Shown: piece after piece, positions 1 to 8,040 of the stretch | Position numbering within the stretch: position 1 is the stretch's first letter | Layout: every line of letters begins with the position of its first letter | Source of the DNA: an uncultured Steroidobacteraceae bacterium | GTDB taxonomy: Bacteria > Chloroflexota > Limnocylindria > QHBO01 | DNA: 28,622 nt | Assembly: GCA_964503725.1 (NCBI GenBank) | Contig: CAZDAV010000002.1 | Coordinates: 1 to 28,622 of the forward strand | Direction of reading: 5' to 3' | Position numbers and translations under genes: made by a program | Notes under the pieces: model-generated | Databases searched by the model: none | Told to the model about the DNA's origin: nothing | What the model saw: only the letters and a program-made list of their open reading frames with translations

Positions 1-1
1 C

Positions 2-997
2 CGCACCATGATCGTCTGCGACCTGGTCAGGGCGGGGCTGGTGCTGCTGGTGCCGGTGGCCATCAACGTGCACATCGGCTTCGTGTATGCGATCGCCCTG
101 GCGGTCGCCACGGTTGGCCTCCTCTTCCGGCCGGCCAAGACCGCCATCGTGCCGCTCATCGTGGACGAGGAGCGGCTGGTCACCGCCAACTCGGCCTCGA
201 GCGTGAACGAGACGCTGGCCGATCTGCTGGGGTACCCCGTGGCCGCGGTCATCGTGGCGGGGCTGGCCGGGCTCATCGGCGCCGCCTTCGTGCTCGACTC
301 GGCGACGTACATCGTGAGCGCCATCCTGATCTGGGGCATGGTCGTCCCACGACAGGACCTGGAGACCGAGAAGTTCAGCGTGCGGGCCATCTGGCGCGAG
401 ATGGCGGAGGGCTGGCGCTTCCTGACCCACCAGGCCGAGCTGCTGGCCAACACCGTGGTCAGCACCGTGGCGCAGCTCGCCTTCGGGGCCGAGATCGTGT
501 GCTCCCTCATCTACGCGCAGCGCGTGCTGGACCAATCCTTCCTGCCCTTCCCGGAGAACTACGGCTGGCTGATGGCCTCGCTGGGGCTCGGCAGCGTCGT
601 GGGCGGAGTGGCGATCGGCTGGCTCGCAACGGATGTCCCCAAGGGCCCGATGACGATCGTGGGCTTCGTCAGCCTGGGAGCCTCCATGATCGCCGCCGGG
701 CTGACCAGGAGCCCGCAGGTGGCGATTGCCCTTTTCTTCGCGATCGGGGTGGCCAACATGCTGTATCTCGTGCCCACCATCACGCTGTTCCAGGAGCGGA
801 CGCCGCAGCGGCTGTTCGGGCGGGTGGTGTCGAGCAGGCAGGCGTTGACGTTCGGGGCGATGGCGCTGTCGATGGGCCTCGCCGGCTGGCTGGCTGGTCT
901 GATCGGGGCCGCGGAGGTGCTGATGCTGGGTGGCGGGCTGATCGCGGTGGCAGGACTGGGCGGGCTGCTGGTGCCCGCCATGCGCGGGGCCCGATAA
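2..997 (+). CDS. MFS transporter, 5'-truncated by the window edge
   Basis: The frame is open from base 2. 'RTMIVCDLVR' matches the MFS loop 2-3 region; there are many hydrophobic helices and a C-half motif 'QERTPQRLFGRV'. Confidence 0.88.
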   Translation, partial: RTMIVCDLVRAGLVLLVPVAINVHIGFVYAIALAVATVGLLFRPAKTAIVPLIVDEERLVTANSASSVNETLADLLGYPVAAVIVAGLAGLIGAAFVLDSATYIVSAILIWGMVVPRQDLETEKFSVRAIWREMAEGWRFLTHQAELLANTVVSTVAQLAFGAEIVCSLIYAQRVLDQSFLPFPENYGWLMASLGLGSVVGGVAIGWLATDVPKGPMTIVGFVSLGASMIAAGLTRSPQVAIALFFAIGVANMLYLVPTITLFQERTPQRLFGRVVSSRQALTFGAMALSMGLAGWLAGLIGAAEVLMLGGGLIAVAGLGGLLVPAMRGAR

Positions 998-1000
998 CAT

Positions 1001-1009
1001 TGCTACCCT
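1001..1009 (+). promoter_or_regulatory. Putative extended -10 (TGcTACCCT) for the 1052 gene
   Basis: TG-n-TANNNT just after the MFS stop; SD-like GGGAGAG precedes ATG 1052. Confidence 0.4.
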
Positions 1010-1016
1010 TCGCCCC

Positions 1017-1039
1017 GCCGCCGGACCGGCGGCTTTCTT
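1017..1039 (+). terminator. Intrinsic terminator-like hairpin
   Basis: GCCGCCG-gac-CGGCGGC (7-bp stem) followed by TTTCTT, about 20 nt after the MFS stop. Confidence 0.55.
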
Positions 1040-1051
1040 GATGGGAGAGAC

Positions 1052-1423
1052 ATGACCGATCAGCGGCGTGGCACGGAGGCGGGAGGCCGTGGCGAGGCGC
1101 CGACCGCCGGATACCGCGGCGCGCTGCCGCCGCGGAGTGACAGCATCGGGCGGATCTGGGTGGCCGTGGTGGTGCTCATCTTCGTGCTGATGTTCGCCCT
1201 CTCGTTCGCCGGCTTCCCGACCAGCCTCTCTCCGACGCCGAGCCCCATCCCATCGCCGAGTGCGACGCCGGTTCCCAGTGGCGGGGAGTCCGGGTCGCCA
1301 AGCGGGTCGCCATCGGCTGCTGAGTCAGCCTCCGAGTCCGGTTCGGCGAGCGCAACTGCGTCTGAGAGCGCATCGGGATCGGCTTCGGCATCAGTTACCG
1401 CGAGTCCGACGCCGGCGCCCTAG
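1052..1423 (+). CDS. Single-pass membrane protein with a Ser/Ala/Pro-rich low-complexity tail
   Basis: SD GGGAGAG; TM segment IWVAVVVLIFVLMFALSFAGF; tail 'SPTPSPIPSPSATP...SESGSASATASESASGSASAS'. Confidence 0.8.
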   Translation: MTDQRRGTEAGGRGEAPTAGYRGALPPRSDSIGRIWVAVVVLIFVLMFALSFAGFPTSLSPTPSPIPSPSATPVPSGGESGSPSGSPSAAESASESGSASATASESASGSASASVTASPTPAP

Positions 1424-1481
1424 GCCGCAGTGGGGACGGGGCGCGAGGGTGAGCGAGTGTGCGGGTAGCTCGCCAGACGAA

Positions 1482-2750
1482 TTAGCCGGTCTTGCGCTCG
1501 GGGAACGACATGATCGGCAGTGGCACTTCAGCCGCGCCTCCGAGGGTGCCCGCACTGTAGTCCGGATAGGGAGCCGGTGCTGCGTCGACGTTGCGGTAGA
1601 TCAGGAACCAACCTGCCGGCAGCTCGGCCTGCTGCCACTCAGCGAGCCCCCCCACCGGCTGGAACGATGCGGCGAAGACGCTGCTTCGGGTGCGATTGGT
1701 CAGGTCCAGCGCCTCCATCTGCCAATCGCCCATGGCAGAGTCGGCGCCGTAGCCTAGGACGAGCGGGCCATGCGCACCGGCGATCAGCTGCAGCGGATCG
1801 AAGACGTATCCCGTCCCGCCCAGCGGCTGGCGGTCTCCCGTGCGCAGGTCAATGGCAAATCCATCGCACAACGGTTCGCCGCACGAGCTCGATCCGATCA
1901 GCAGGTCGCCCGCCACTCCCACGATCTGGTCGTCGAAGGCGAAACTCGGCCAATCTCTCAGGGGACCACCACCTGCGGGGACGGCGACTAGGTCACAGCC
2001 GCTCGGTCGGCAGCTCGCAAGCGCGATCCAGCGCCCATCGGTTGAGACCGCGAGGCGCGGGTAGAGGCTGAGCCCGGAAACGGGGGCGTACGGCGTGGCC
2101 GCGTCCGGCGCGAGGTCCGCGACGGTGATGATTGGGCGCGCTTCACCGCCGGCGGTGGGCACCGCCTCCACGGCAACGAACACGCCGTCGGTCCGGTCCA
2201 GCGTGACGGCATACGCGCTGGTCCCCGACGGATCGAGGGCCAACGCCGCAATGAACGCCGTCGTGGTCAGCAGCTCCATGTCGGCGCCGCTCGCGACCGA
2301 CACGACATGCAGGATCGCCTGGTGGCCATCATCGGCGACGTACAGCATGCGCCCGCCCGCCGGGCCCGTCGGCTGGGGTTGCAGCGGCAGGTTGACGGGC
2401 CCAATCCCGGGGTGGTGCAGGTCAATCGTCTTGGCGACGCGTCCATCGAGCGTCCCGACGCGCAGATGATTCAGGGATAGATCGACTGCTGCCATCGGCT
2501 GTTCTAGGGTCCAGAAGCCGAGCGTGGCGAAGTCGAGCTGCGCTGGCACGGTCGCCGGCGAGGGCGCGATCATGGGCCACGTGGAGGGCGCAGGAGACAC
2601 TGTCGGCGATGGGCTCGCAGCCGAGGGGACTGCGCTGTGTTCTGAGATCGCCGATGGGGGTGTGGCGTTGCATGCGCTGACGGCCAGTACAAGCGCCACT
2701 CCGGCAGTCGCCGCGGCGAACCGCTGGATAGTCCCTCCCCGGTCAACCAC
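1482..2750 (-). CDS. Exported lipoprotein, Ser/Pro linker plus probable beta-propeller-like domain
   Basis: Signal peptide with lipobox-like AVSA-C; P/S/A-rich linker; 'IAALALDPSG' and 'RLAVSTDGRWIAL' resemble propeller blades; -10 TAGGCT 6 nt before the GTG. Confidence 0.75.
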   Translation of the reverse strand: MVDRGGTIQRFAAATAGVALVLAVSACNATPPSAISEHSAVPSAASPSPTVSPAPSTWPMIAPSPATVPAQLDFATLGFWTLEQPMAAVDLSLNHLRVGTLDGRVAKTIDLHHPGIGPVNLPLQPQPTGPAGGRMLYVADDGHQAILHVVSVASGADMELLTTTAFIAALALDPSGTSAYAVTLDRTDGVFVAVEAVPTAGGEARPIITVADLAPDAATPYAPVSGLSLYPRLAVSTDGRWIALASCRPSGCDLVAVPAGGGPLRDWPSFAFDDQIVGVAGDLLIGSSSCGEPLCDGFAIDLRTGDRQPLGGTGYVFDPLQLIAGAHGPLVLGYGADSAMGDWQMEALDLTNRTRSSVFAASFQPVGGLAEWQQAELPAGWFLIYRNVDAAPAPYPDYSAGTLGGAAEVPLPIMSFPERKTG

Positions 2751-2756
2751 AGGTCC

Positions 2757-2766
2757 AGCCTACTCT
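2757..2766. promoter_or_regulatory. Overlapping divergent -10 hexamers (TAGGCT on minus, TACTCT on plus)
   Basis: The minus hexamer 2762-2757 lies 6 nt before GTG 2750 (leaderless geometry). The plus hexamer 2761-2766 lies 7 nt before the start of the structured RNA. Confidence 0.5.
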
Positions 2767-2773
2767 TCGCCCT

Positions 2774-2950
2774 GCGGCCTGACTATGACTGGCGTCTGAT
2801 CGCTTGTATGTGTGAGGAGCCACAGTCTTTCGGGCCGGAGACAGTATCTCGGGTGGCTGCGTCGCGGGTCACGTAGATGACCCTGCGTTGGTGCTTCTGC
2901 TCCGACCCGACGACTGAAACCGTCGCGCGATCAGACTTCCCTCGCAGGCC
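2774..2950 (+). ncRNA. Structured ncRNA, candidate 6S RNA
   Basis: GGCCTG(2776-81)/CAGGCC(2945-50) closing stem; perfect 10-bp GTCTGATCGC(2794-2803)/GCGATCAGAC(2927-36); unpaired 5' bubble 2804-2815; GGAGC/GCTCC inner stem; 3'-bubble hairpin CGACG/CGTCG; about 177 nt. The 6S identity is inferred from architecture, not from a covariance-model search. Confidence 0.55.
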
Positions 2951-3014
2951 AGTGCTCTGGATGCACGCATACCGAGGCGCCTCTGGGCCGGAATGTAGGC
3001 CCTAAAGGCATCGG

Positions 3015-3023
3015 TGATATCCT
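3015..3023 (+). promoter_or_regulatory. Putative extended -10 (TGaTATCCT) for the ytxH-like/pcm unit
   Basis: TG-n-TANNNT about 40 nt upstream of ATG 3063; GAGG at 3049-3052. Confidence 0.4.
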
Positions 3024-3062
3024 TGGGACCTCGATTCCTGAATCTCACGAGGCTTTGCATTC

Positions 3063-3323
3063 ATGTTCAGTCGCGTTCGCATCGCGATCCGCTTCTTCTT
3101 CATGGGGCTGGCGGTCGGCGTGCTGCTCGCGCCTCGCTCCGGTCGAGAGACGCGGCGCCTGGTGCGCGAGCGGGCCGATCGGCTCCTCAATGATCTCCTC
3201 GACGCCGCCACCTTGGGCGCCTTCGACTCCGGGCCGGCGTCTGACGAGGACTCGGACGCTCCCGCCGCCAGGACCGGAAACGGGCGCACGCGCAGCCGGG
3301 CTGCGGCTCCCGCCAAGGCCTAG
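3063..3323 (+). CDS. YtxH-like protein
   Basis: 'FFFMGLAVGVLLAPRSGRETRRLVRE' matches the YtxH signature (hydrophobic helix, LLAPxSGxETR). Confidence 0.85.
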   Translation: MFSRVRIAIRFFFMGLAVGVLLAPRSGRETRRLVRERADRLLNDLLDAATLGAFDSGPASDEDSDAPAARTGNGRTRSRAAAPAKA

Positions 3324-3350
3324 CGTCCCGACCTCCTCGCGGAGTTGCGG

Positions 3351-4031
3351 ATGGATTGGCTCCGCCTCCGCCGTCGTCCCCGCGATGAGCCGATGGACCT
3401 GGCGCGATCGCGCATGGTCCGCGACCAGATTGCTTCCCGCGGACTGGACGATCCCGATCTGCTCCGCGCCTTCCTGGCCGTGCCGCGGCACCTGTTCGTC
3501 GAGTCAGACGGCGCCTATGCCGATGAGGCCCTGCCACTCCCCGCCGGACAGACGATCTCCCAGCCGTACATCGTCGCCCTGATGACCGATGCCGCGCGTC
3601 CCGCTGCCGGCTGGACCGGGGCGAAAGTGCTCGAGGTAGGCACCGGGAGTGGCTACCAGGCTGCCATCCTGGCCGAGCTGGGGGCATCCGTGGTCAGCGT
3701 CGAGCGCCACGCGGAGCTGTCCGAGCGTGCGGCGAAGCTGCTCGCTGACGCTGGCTATGACAGCGTTCGGCTGGTGGTCGGCGACGGCACCCGAGGCTGG
3801 CCTGCCGGCGCGCCGTACGACGCGGTGATCGTGACCGCGGCCGGCCCATCGGTCCCGCAGCCGCTGCTCGAGCAGCTGGCGCCCGACGGCGGGAAGCTGG
3901 TGATGCCGGTCGGCACCCGGGTGCACCAGGAGCTCACCGTGGTGGAGCGCCAGGGCTCGGAGCTGGTCAGCTCACGTCGGGACCCGGTGGTCTTCGTGCC
4001 CCTCATCGGCGAATACGGCTTCGGGGAGTAG
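3351..4031 (+). CDS. pcm: Protein-L-isoaspartate O-methyltransferase
   Basis: Motifs 'AFLAVPRHLFV', 'GQTISQPYIVALM', 'VLEVGTGSGYQAAILA', 'APYDAVIVTAA' and 'VVFVPL'. GGAG SD 6 nt before ATG 3351 (the ORF track starts at TTG 3345). Confidence 0.96.
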   Translation: MDWLRLRRRPRDEPMDLARSRMVRDQIASRGLDDPDLLRAFLAVPRHLFVESDGAYADEALPLPAGQTISQPYIVALMTDAARPAAGWTGAKVLEVGTGSGYQAAILAELGASVVSVERHAELSERAAKLLADAGYDSVRLVVGDGTRGWPAGAPYDAVIVTAAGPSVPQPLLEQLAPDGGKLVMPVGTRVHQELTVVERQGSELVSSRRDPVVFVPLIGEYGFGE

Positions 4032-4048
4032 CGCCGCTTCGTCGGGAT

Positions 4049-4186
4049 ACCACGCATAGTTGTTCATCAGCACGTGGGAGCCGCGATTCGAGGGGATTCG
4101 AGCGCATTCGCGCTGCCCGCACCACGCCATGTGGTGCCAGGACACGCCGAGGGGCTCATATGTGCTGTTGAACCACGATACGTGGT
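4049..4186. repeat. Three ACCAC-N5-GTGGT palindromes plus three 10-bp ATTCG tandem units
   Basis: ACCACgcataGTTGT (4049-63), GCACCACgccatGTGGTGC (4119-37), ACCACGataCGTGGT (4172-86); ccgcgATTCG/aggggATTCG/agcgcATTCG (4081-4110). Confidence 0.6.
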
Positions 4187-4204
4187 AACCGCACAGATGG
4201 CTCG

Positions 4205-5491
4205 CTAGAGCGGCGGCACCTCGAGGGCGCCGCGTCCGGCCGGTTGGACACCTGCCGGGGCGCGGCCCGAGGTGCGTGGCAGGGGCAGCGCACCGGCGCG
4301 GACAAGCTCCTCGCCGTAGATCTCCTCGTATCGGCGCACCATGGCGTCCAGGCTGAAGCGGGCCTCGACCGTGGCGCGGCCCGCCTCACCGAGCTGACGC
4401 CGCAGCTCGGGCGAGCAGGCGAGCCGGATGCTGGCCTCGGCTAGCGCGGCGGCGTCCGCGGGCGGGACGAGGAGGCCGTCGAGGCCATCGGTCAGGACCT
4501 CGGGGATGCCGCCGACCGCGGACGCCACCACCGGACGACGGCGGGCCATCGCCTCGAGGATGGAGATGCCCTGCGCCTCACGCAGGGAGGGAAGGACGGC
4601 GACGTCGATCTCGCCGGTGATGGCGGCCACGTCCTCGCGGCGACCGGTGAAGACGATGCGTTCGGGCGCGGGCGCCGGCAGCGCGGCCGCCTGGGCGCGC
4701 AGCTCCGCGTCGAGCGAGCCTTCGCCCACGATCACCATCCACGTCTCCGGCGCGCCGCGCAGGATGGCGGGCATCGCCTCGATCAGGTATCTGTGCCCCT
4801 TCTCCGGCTCGAGCCGCGCCACCACGCCCAGCAACGGGGCGCCATGCGGGATGCCGAACTCGTGGCGCAGCGCGCGGGCGGTGAGCGGCAGGTCGAATCG
4901 GGCCAGGTCGACACCGTTCGGAACGACCGTGAAGGCCGCTCCGCCGCGGCCCTCGGCGCGGACCTTGGCCGCAATCGAGGCGGACGGGACGATCAGACGG
5001 TCCATCACCGGGGTCAGCGCGGCCAGGGTGGCCACGTCCGTCGCCGAGCGGACGCGCGACGAGTGCACCGTGGCCATGACCACCGGCGTGCCGGCCGCCA
5101 CGGCCGCCCGCGCCCCGATCACCTCGGCGCGGTACATGTGGGCGTGCAGCAGGTCGATCTCCTCCCGGCGCAGGTACGAGGCCAGCTCGCGGACGGCGGC
5201 CTTGTCATCTGCCTCGACGATCACCTCAACCTCAATGCCCAGGCGCCGCAGCCGTTGCACGGCACTGCCGCTCGAGAGGGAGAGGGCACGGATCTCGTAG
5301 GCGGATCGGTCCAGGCGCAGGAGGAGGCCCGAGTAGCTCTCCTGCGCCCCGCCGTTCCCCCCGGTGGCGAGGAGCTGCAGGATTCTCGGCCGCGGATGGC
5401 TCTTGGACCGATGGATGCGCCGATGCCTCCGATACGGCGCCGACGCGATGGCGCCCTCGTGGTCGGGTGAAGGGGCTGGGCCGCGGGTCAT
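4205..5491 (-). CDS. GT4 (GT-B) glycosyltransferase
   Basis: Motifs 'GGAQES', 'DLLHAH', 'VVPNGVD', 'VARLEPEKGH' and 'EAQGISILEAMA'. Start re-called to ATG 5491 because the ORF-track TTG 5527 is the -35 box of the promoter. Confidence 0.93.
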   Translation of the reverse strand: MTRGPAPSPDHEGAIASAPYRRHRRIHRSKSHPRPRILQLLATGGNGGAQESYSGLLLRLDRSAYEIRALSLSSGSAVQRLRRLGIEVEVIVEADDKAAVRELASYLRREEIDLLHAHMYRAEVIGARAAVAAGTPVVMATVHSSRVRSATDVATLAALTPVMDRLIVPSASIAAKVRAEGRGGAAFTVVPNGVDLARFDLPLTARALRHEFGIPHGAPLLGVVARLEPEKGHRYLIEAMPAILRGAPETWMVIVGEGSLDAELRAQAAALPAPAPERIVFTGRREDVAAITGEIDVAVLPSLREAQGISILEAMARRRPVVASAVGGIPEVLTDGLDGLLVPPADAAALAEASIRLACSPELRRQLGEAGRATVEARFSLDAMVRRYEEIYGEELVRAGALPLPRTSGRAPAGVQPAGRGALEVPPL

Positions 5492-5498
5492 GTGGCCG

Positions 5499-5527
5499 AT
5501 CCTAGGTGTGGCCGCTCTGTTCGTCAA
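5499..5527 (-). promoter_or_regulatory. Sigma70-type promoter, leaderless transcript
   Basis: TTGACG (5527-22), 17 nt, TAGGAT (5504-5499), 7 nt, ATG 5491; no SD. Confidence 0.75.
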
Positions 5528-5537
5528 AGCGGACCAG

Positions 5538-6437
5538 TCAGCGACACTCAGCCGTCCCAGCGTCGACGAGCGTGCTGCCGGCGGCGGGGACGAAGCGCCA
5601 CTGGTAGCCGGCGTCCTGGAGGGTGAGCATCAACAGCCCGAAGGCGTCGCTGGCGTGCCGTTCGGTAGCCGCGTGGCCAGGGCGGAACTGCTGGTACAGG
5701 CTCCGCCCACCGGTGCCGACCACGAAGGAGCGCATCCCGTCGATGGGGCCGAAGCGCTCGTAGTCGTGGTCGTGCCCGGCAAGCACGAGGTCGGCGCCGG
5801 AGGCGGCGAGGACGTCCCAGATCGGGTCCATGAAGTCGTGGTCGCCGTGGCGCCCAGAGGACCAGCGCGGGTGGTGCCAGTAGGCGAGCGTACAGGCGGC
5901 GGGGTGCGCGGCGAGGTCCGCTTCGAGCCAGGTCACCTGCGCCGAGCCGGCGGCGCAGCCCACGAACTCGCAGTTCGAGTCGAGCACCACCACGTGCCAC
6001 GTCCCCAGCTCATACGAGTACCAGCCGGCGCCCGGCGTGCCGGCCACGGCTCCGAAATACGAGAAGTAGCCCGCTGCATCTGTTGTCTGGTAGTCGTGGT
6101 TGCCGGGAGCGGGGCGGATGCGCTCGAGCATCGGGCCCCAGGCAGGATCGAAGCAGTTCGCGAAATCCGAGGACGACCCGTCCGGGTAGGCGAGATCCCC
6201 AAGCAGGGCAATCGTGCCGGGCAAGGCGGCGGCCAGCGAGGCGACCGCCTCGTCGTAGTCGCCGTCGCACGAGCCGGTGTCGCCAACCGCCAGGAGCACG
6301 GTGGCGCCCGGATCCACGCTGGGCAGCGGCAGCGGGGCTGGCAGCTCCGCCCCCAGGCGCGTCGCCATAACGACCGCCACGCCAAGCGCCACCGACAGGA
6401 GGAGGACAAGGCGGTGCGGACGGTTGGCGGGCGGCAT
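5538..6437 (-). CDS. Exported or membrane-anchored metallophosphoesterase (calcineurin-like / purple acid phosphatase-like)
   Basis: Motifs 'VGD', 'LGDLAY', 'PGNHDY', 'WHHP' and 'AGHDH'; N-terminal hydrophobic anchor. Confidence 0.92.
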   Translation of the reverse strand: MPPANRPHRLVLLLSVALGVAVVMATRLGAELPAPLPLPSVDPGATVLLAVGDTGSCDGDYDEAVASLAAALPGTIALLGDLAYPDGSSSDFANCFDPAWGPMLERIRPAPGNHDYQTTDAAGYFSYFGAVAGTPGAGWYSYELGTWHVVVLDSNCEFVGCAAGSAQVTWLEADLAAHPAACTLAYWHHPRWSSGRHGDHDFMDPIWDVLAASGADLVLAGHDHDYERFGPIDGMRSFVVGTGGRSLYQQFRPGHAATERHASDAFGLLMLTLQDAGYQWRFVPAAGSTLVDAGTAECR

Positions 6438-6444
6438 CGGGGTC

Positions 6445-6451
6445 TACCCTA
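6445..6451. promoter_or_regulatory. Bidirectional -10 between divergent leaderless genes
   Basis: Only 20 bp separate the two starts. TACCCT (6445-50) lies 7 nt before ATG 6458; TAGGGT (minus, 6451-46) lies 8 nt before ATG 6437. Confidence 0.6.
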
Positions 6452-6457
6452 GCGCCG

Positions 6458-8038
6458 ATGAATCCGCCCCTGCGGGAGGACCCGCCCGGCCCACGCTGGA
6501 TCCTGCACCCCGCGCTGATCGCCGCGGCCTGGGTGCTGGAGGTGGCGCTGGCCAACAAGATTGAACCGGCTGGGTTCTTGCGCTCCCTGGTCGTGGCAGT
6601 GGTGGTCGCTGTGGCGCTGACCCTGATCTGTTGGACAGTCACGCGAGACCGGTGGCTGGGCGGGCTCTTCGCCACTGCCCTGGTCGTCGCCAGCATCAGC
6701 CTGCTGCCCATCTACTTTGCCTGGGAAGGGCTGCGGGCGACAGTCGGCCCCAGCGTGACCGTGGTCGTCCTCGCGCTGGCCTTCGCCCTCGCCGTAGCGT
6801 TGCCGGGGGTCCAGCTCATCCGGGCGCGACGCGGGCGGCGCCTGCTGCGCAAGCCGGCGACATCGGTCCTGAATCAGCTTGCGACCGTGCTGGTGGTGGT
6901 CGTGATCGTCCTCTACGCCGGGCCCGACATGCCGACCACCATCTCCAATGCCCTGCGCTCGCCCGAGCCGGTCGAGGTTGCGCCGACCGTCGCGGAGCTG
7001 CCGGATATCTACCTCATCCTGGTGGACGGCTACCCGCGCGCAGACGTCCTGGAGCGCATCTTCGACATCGACAACGCGCCGTTCATCGAGGAGCTGGCGA
7101 GCCGCGGCTTCGACGTGGCGGAGCAGAGCCACTCGAACTACGTCTTCACCCAGCTGACGCTCGCCTCCATGTTCCAGATGCGGCACCTGGACGAGGTGCC
7201 GGCGATCGAGCCGCTGATCGGTATGACCGGAGGGCACGTGAATCCGCTGCGCGACGCGCTCGTTCAGGGCGAGGCGTTCACCGCGCTGCACGCCGCCGGC
7301 TACCAGGTCGTGGCGACGAACCCCGGCTACGAGGCGGTGGTGCTGCGCGGCGTGGCGGATCGGATCCTGGACCACGGCGAGATGAACGACCTGGAGCGTG
7401 ACGTCCTGAAGCGCACCTGGCTGCTGGATCCGCTGGGGTGGCTGATGCCGGGGATCTTCACCTTCCCGCAGCACGACCGCATCCTCAACCAGTTCGACGA
7501 CCTGGAGGCGCTGGCGACGGAGACCCGCGACGCGCCGATCTTCGCCTGGGTCCACATCCCGGCCCCGCACCTGCCGCTGGTGATCGACGCCGATGGCGGG
7601 CCGCTGACCCTCGATCCGCGCCTGTTCGACCCGCCGACGGTGGAGGGATTCGGGTTTACCGATGCCGAGCTGGCGGCCGCCTATGCCGACGAGCTGTCCT
7701 ACCTGAACCGGCGCCTGCTGACGGCGGTGGGGCTGCTGCAGTCGTCCAACCGGCGTCCCGATCCGGTGATCATCGTCATGTCCGACCACGGCTACTACTA
7801 CTACGACCCGACCGATCTCCAGGCACGCTTCGGCAACTTCTTCGCGGCTGTCACGCCCCAATTGCCGGGCCTCCTGGCCGATGCGACGACCCCGGTCAAC
7901 CTGATGCCGATCCTGCTGAACGGCTACCTGGGGACCGATTTCCCCGCCTCGCCGGACCGCTACTTCACCTCGCCCGGCGTCCGTGCACTGCTGGAGCTGA
8001 CCGAGGTGCCGGACCCCGAAGTTACCGGGGTACCCTAG
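6458..8038 (+). CDS. Membrane protein with an alkaline-phosphatase-superfamily (LtaS/sulfatase-like) domain
   Basis: About five N-terminal TM helices, then 'PDIYLILVDGY', 'SNYVFTQLTLASM' (Thr nucleophile position), 'HIPAPHLP' and 'IIVMSDHG'. Confidence 0.82.
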   Translation: MNPPLREDPPGPRWILHPALIAAAWVLEVALANKIEPAGFLRSLVVAVVVAVALTLICWTVTRDRWLGGLFATALVVASISLLPIYFAWEGLRATVGPSVTVVVLALAFALAVALPGVQLIRARRGRRLLRKPATSVLNQLATVLVVVVIVLYAGPDMPTTISNALRSPEPVEVAPTVAELPDIYLILVDGYPRADVLERIFDIDNAPFIEELASRGFDVAEQSHSNYVFTQLTLASMFQMRHLDEVPAIEPLIGMTGGHVNPLRDALVQGEAFTALHAAGYQVVATNPGYEAVVLRGVADRILDHGEMNDLERDVLKRTWLLDPLGWLMPGIFTFPQHDRILNQFDDLEALATETRDAPIFAWVHIPAPHLPLVIDADGGPLTLDPRLFDPPTVEGFGFTDAELAAAYADELSYLNRRLLTAVGLLQSSNRRPDPVIIVMSDHGYYYYDPTDLQARFGNFFAAVTPQLPGLLADATTPVNLMPILLNGYLGTDFPASPDRYFTSPGVRALLELTEVPDPEVTGVP

Positions 8039-8040
8039 GT

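Noticed and set aside
2774-2960. Minus-strand look-alikes of TPP ('GCGAGGGAAG'), cobalamin ('AGGGAA'), RNase P ('GAGGGAAGUC') and group I P7 (GACUGUG/CAUAGUC)
   Set aside because: Each match is one short element and the other required conserved regions are missing. The G-U-compatible minus-strand pairs do leave the strand assignment somewhat open.
4032-4070. CUGAUGA hammerhead core on the minus strand
   Set aside because: No stem II and GAAG instead of GAAA.
4151-4172. dif-like half-sites (GGGGCTCATA ... TGTTGAA)
   Set aside because: Spacing is about 5 nt too short and there is no TTATG XerD arm.
5364-7861. Long antisense or alternative-frame ORFs (5364..6452, 6449..7861), and similarly 15056..16450, 23586..24857 and 25555..27078
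   Set aside because: Shadow ORFs typical of high-GC DNA. They overlap motif-supported genes and have no recognisable domains.
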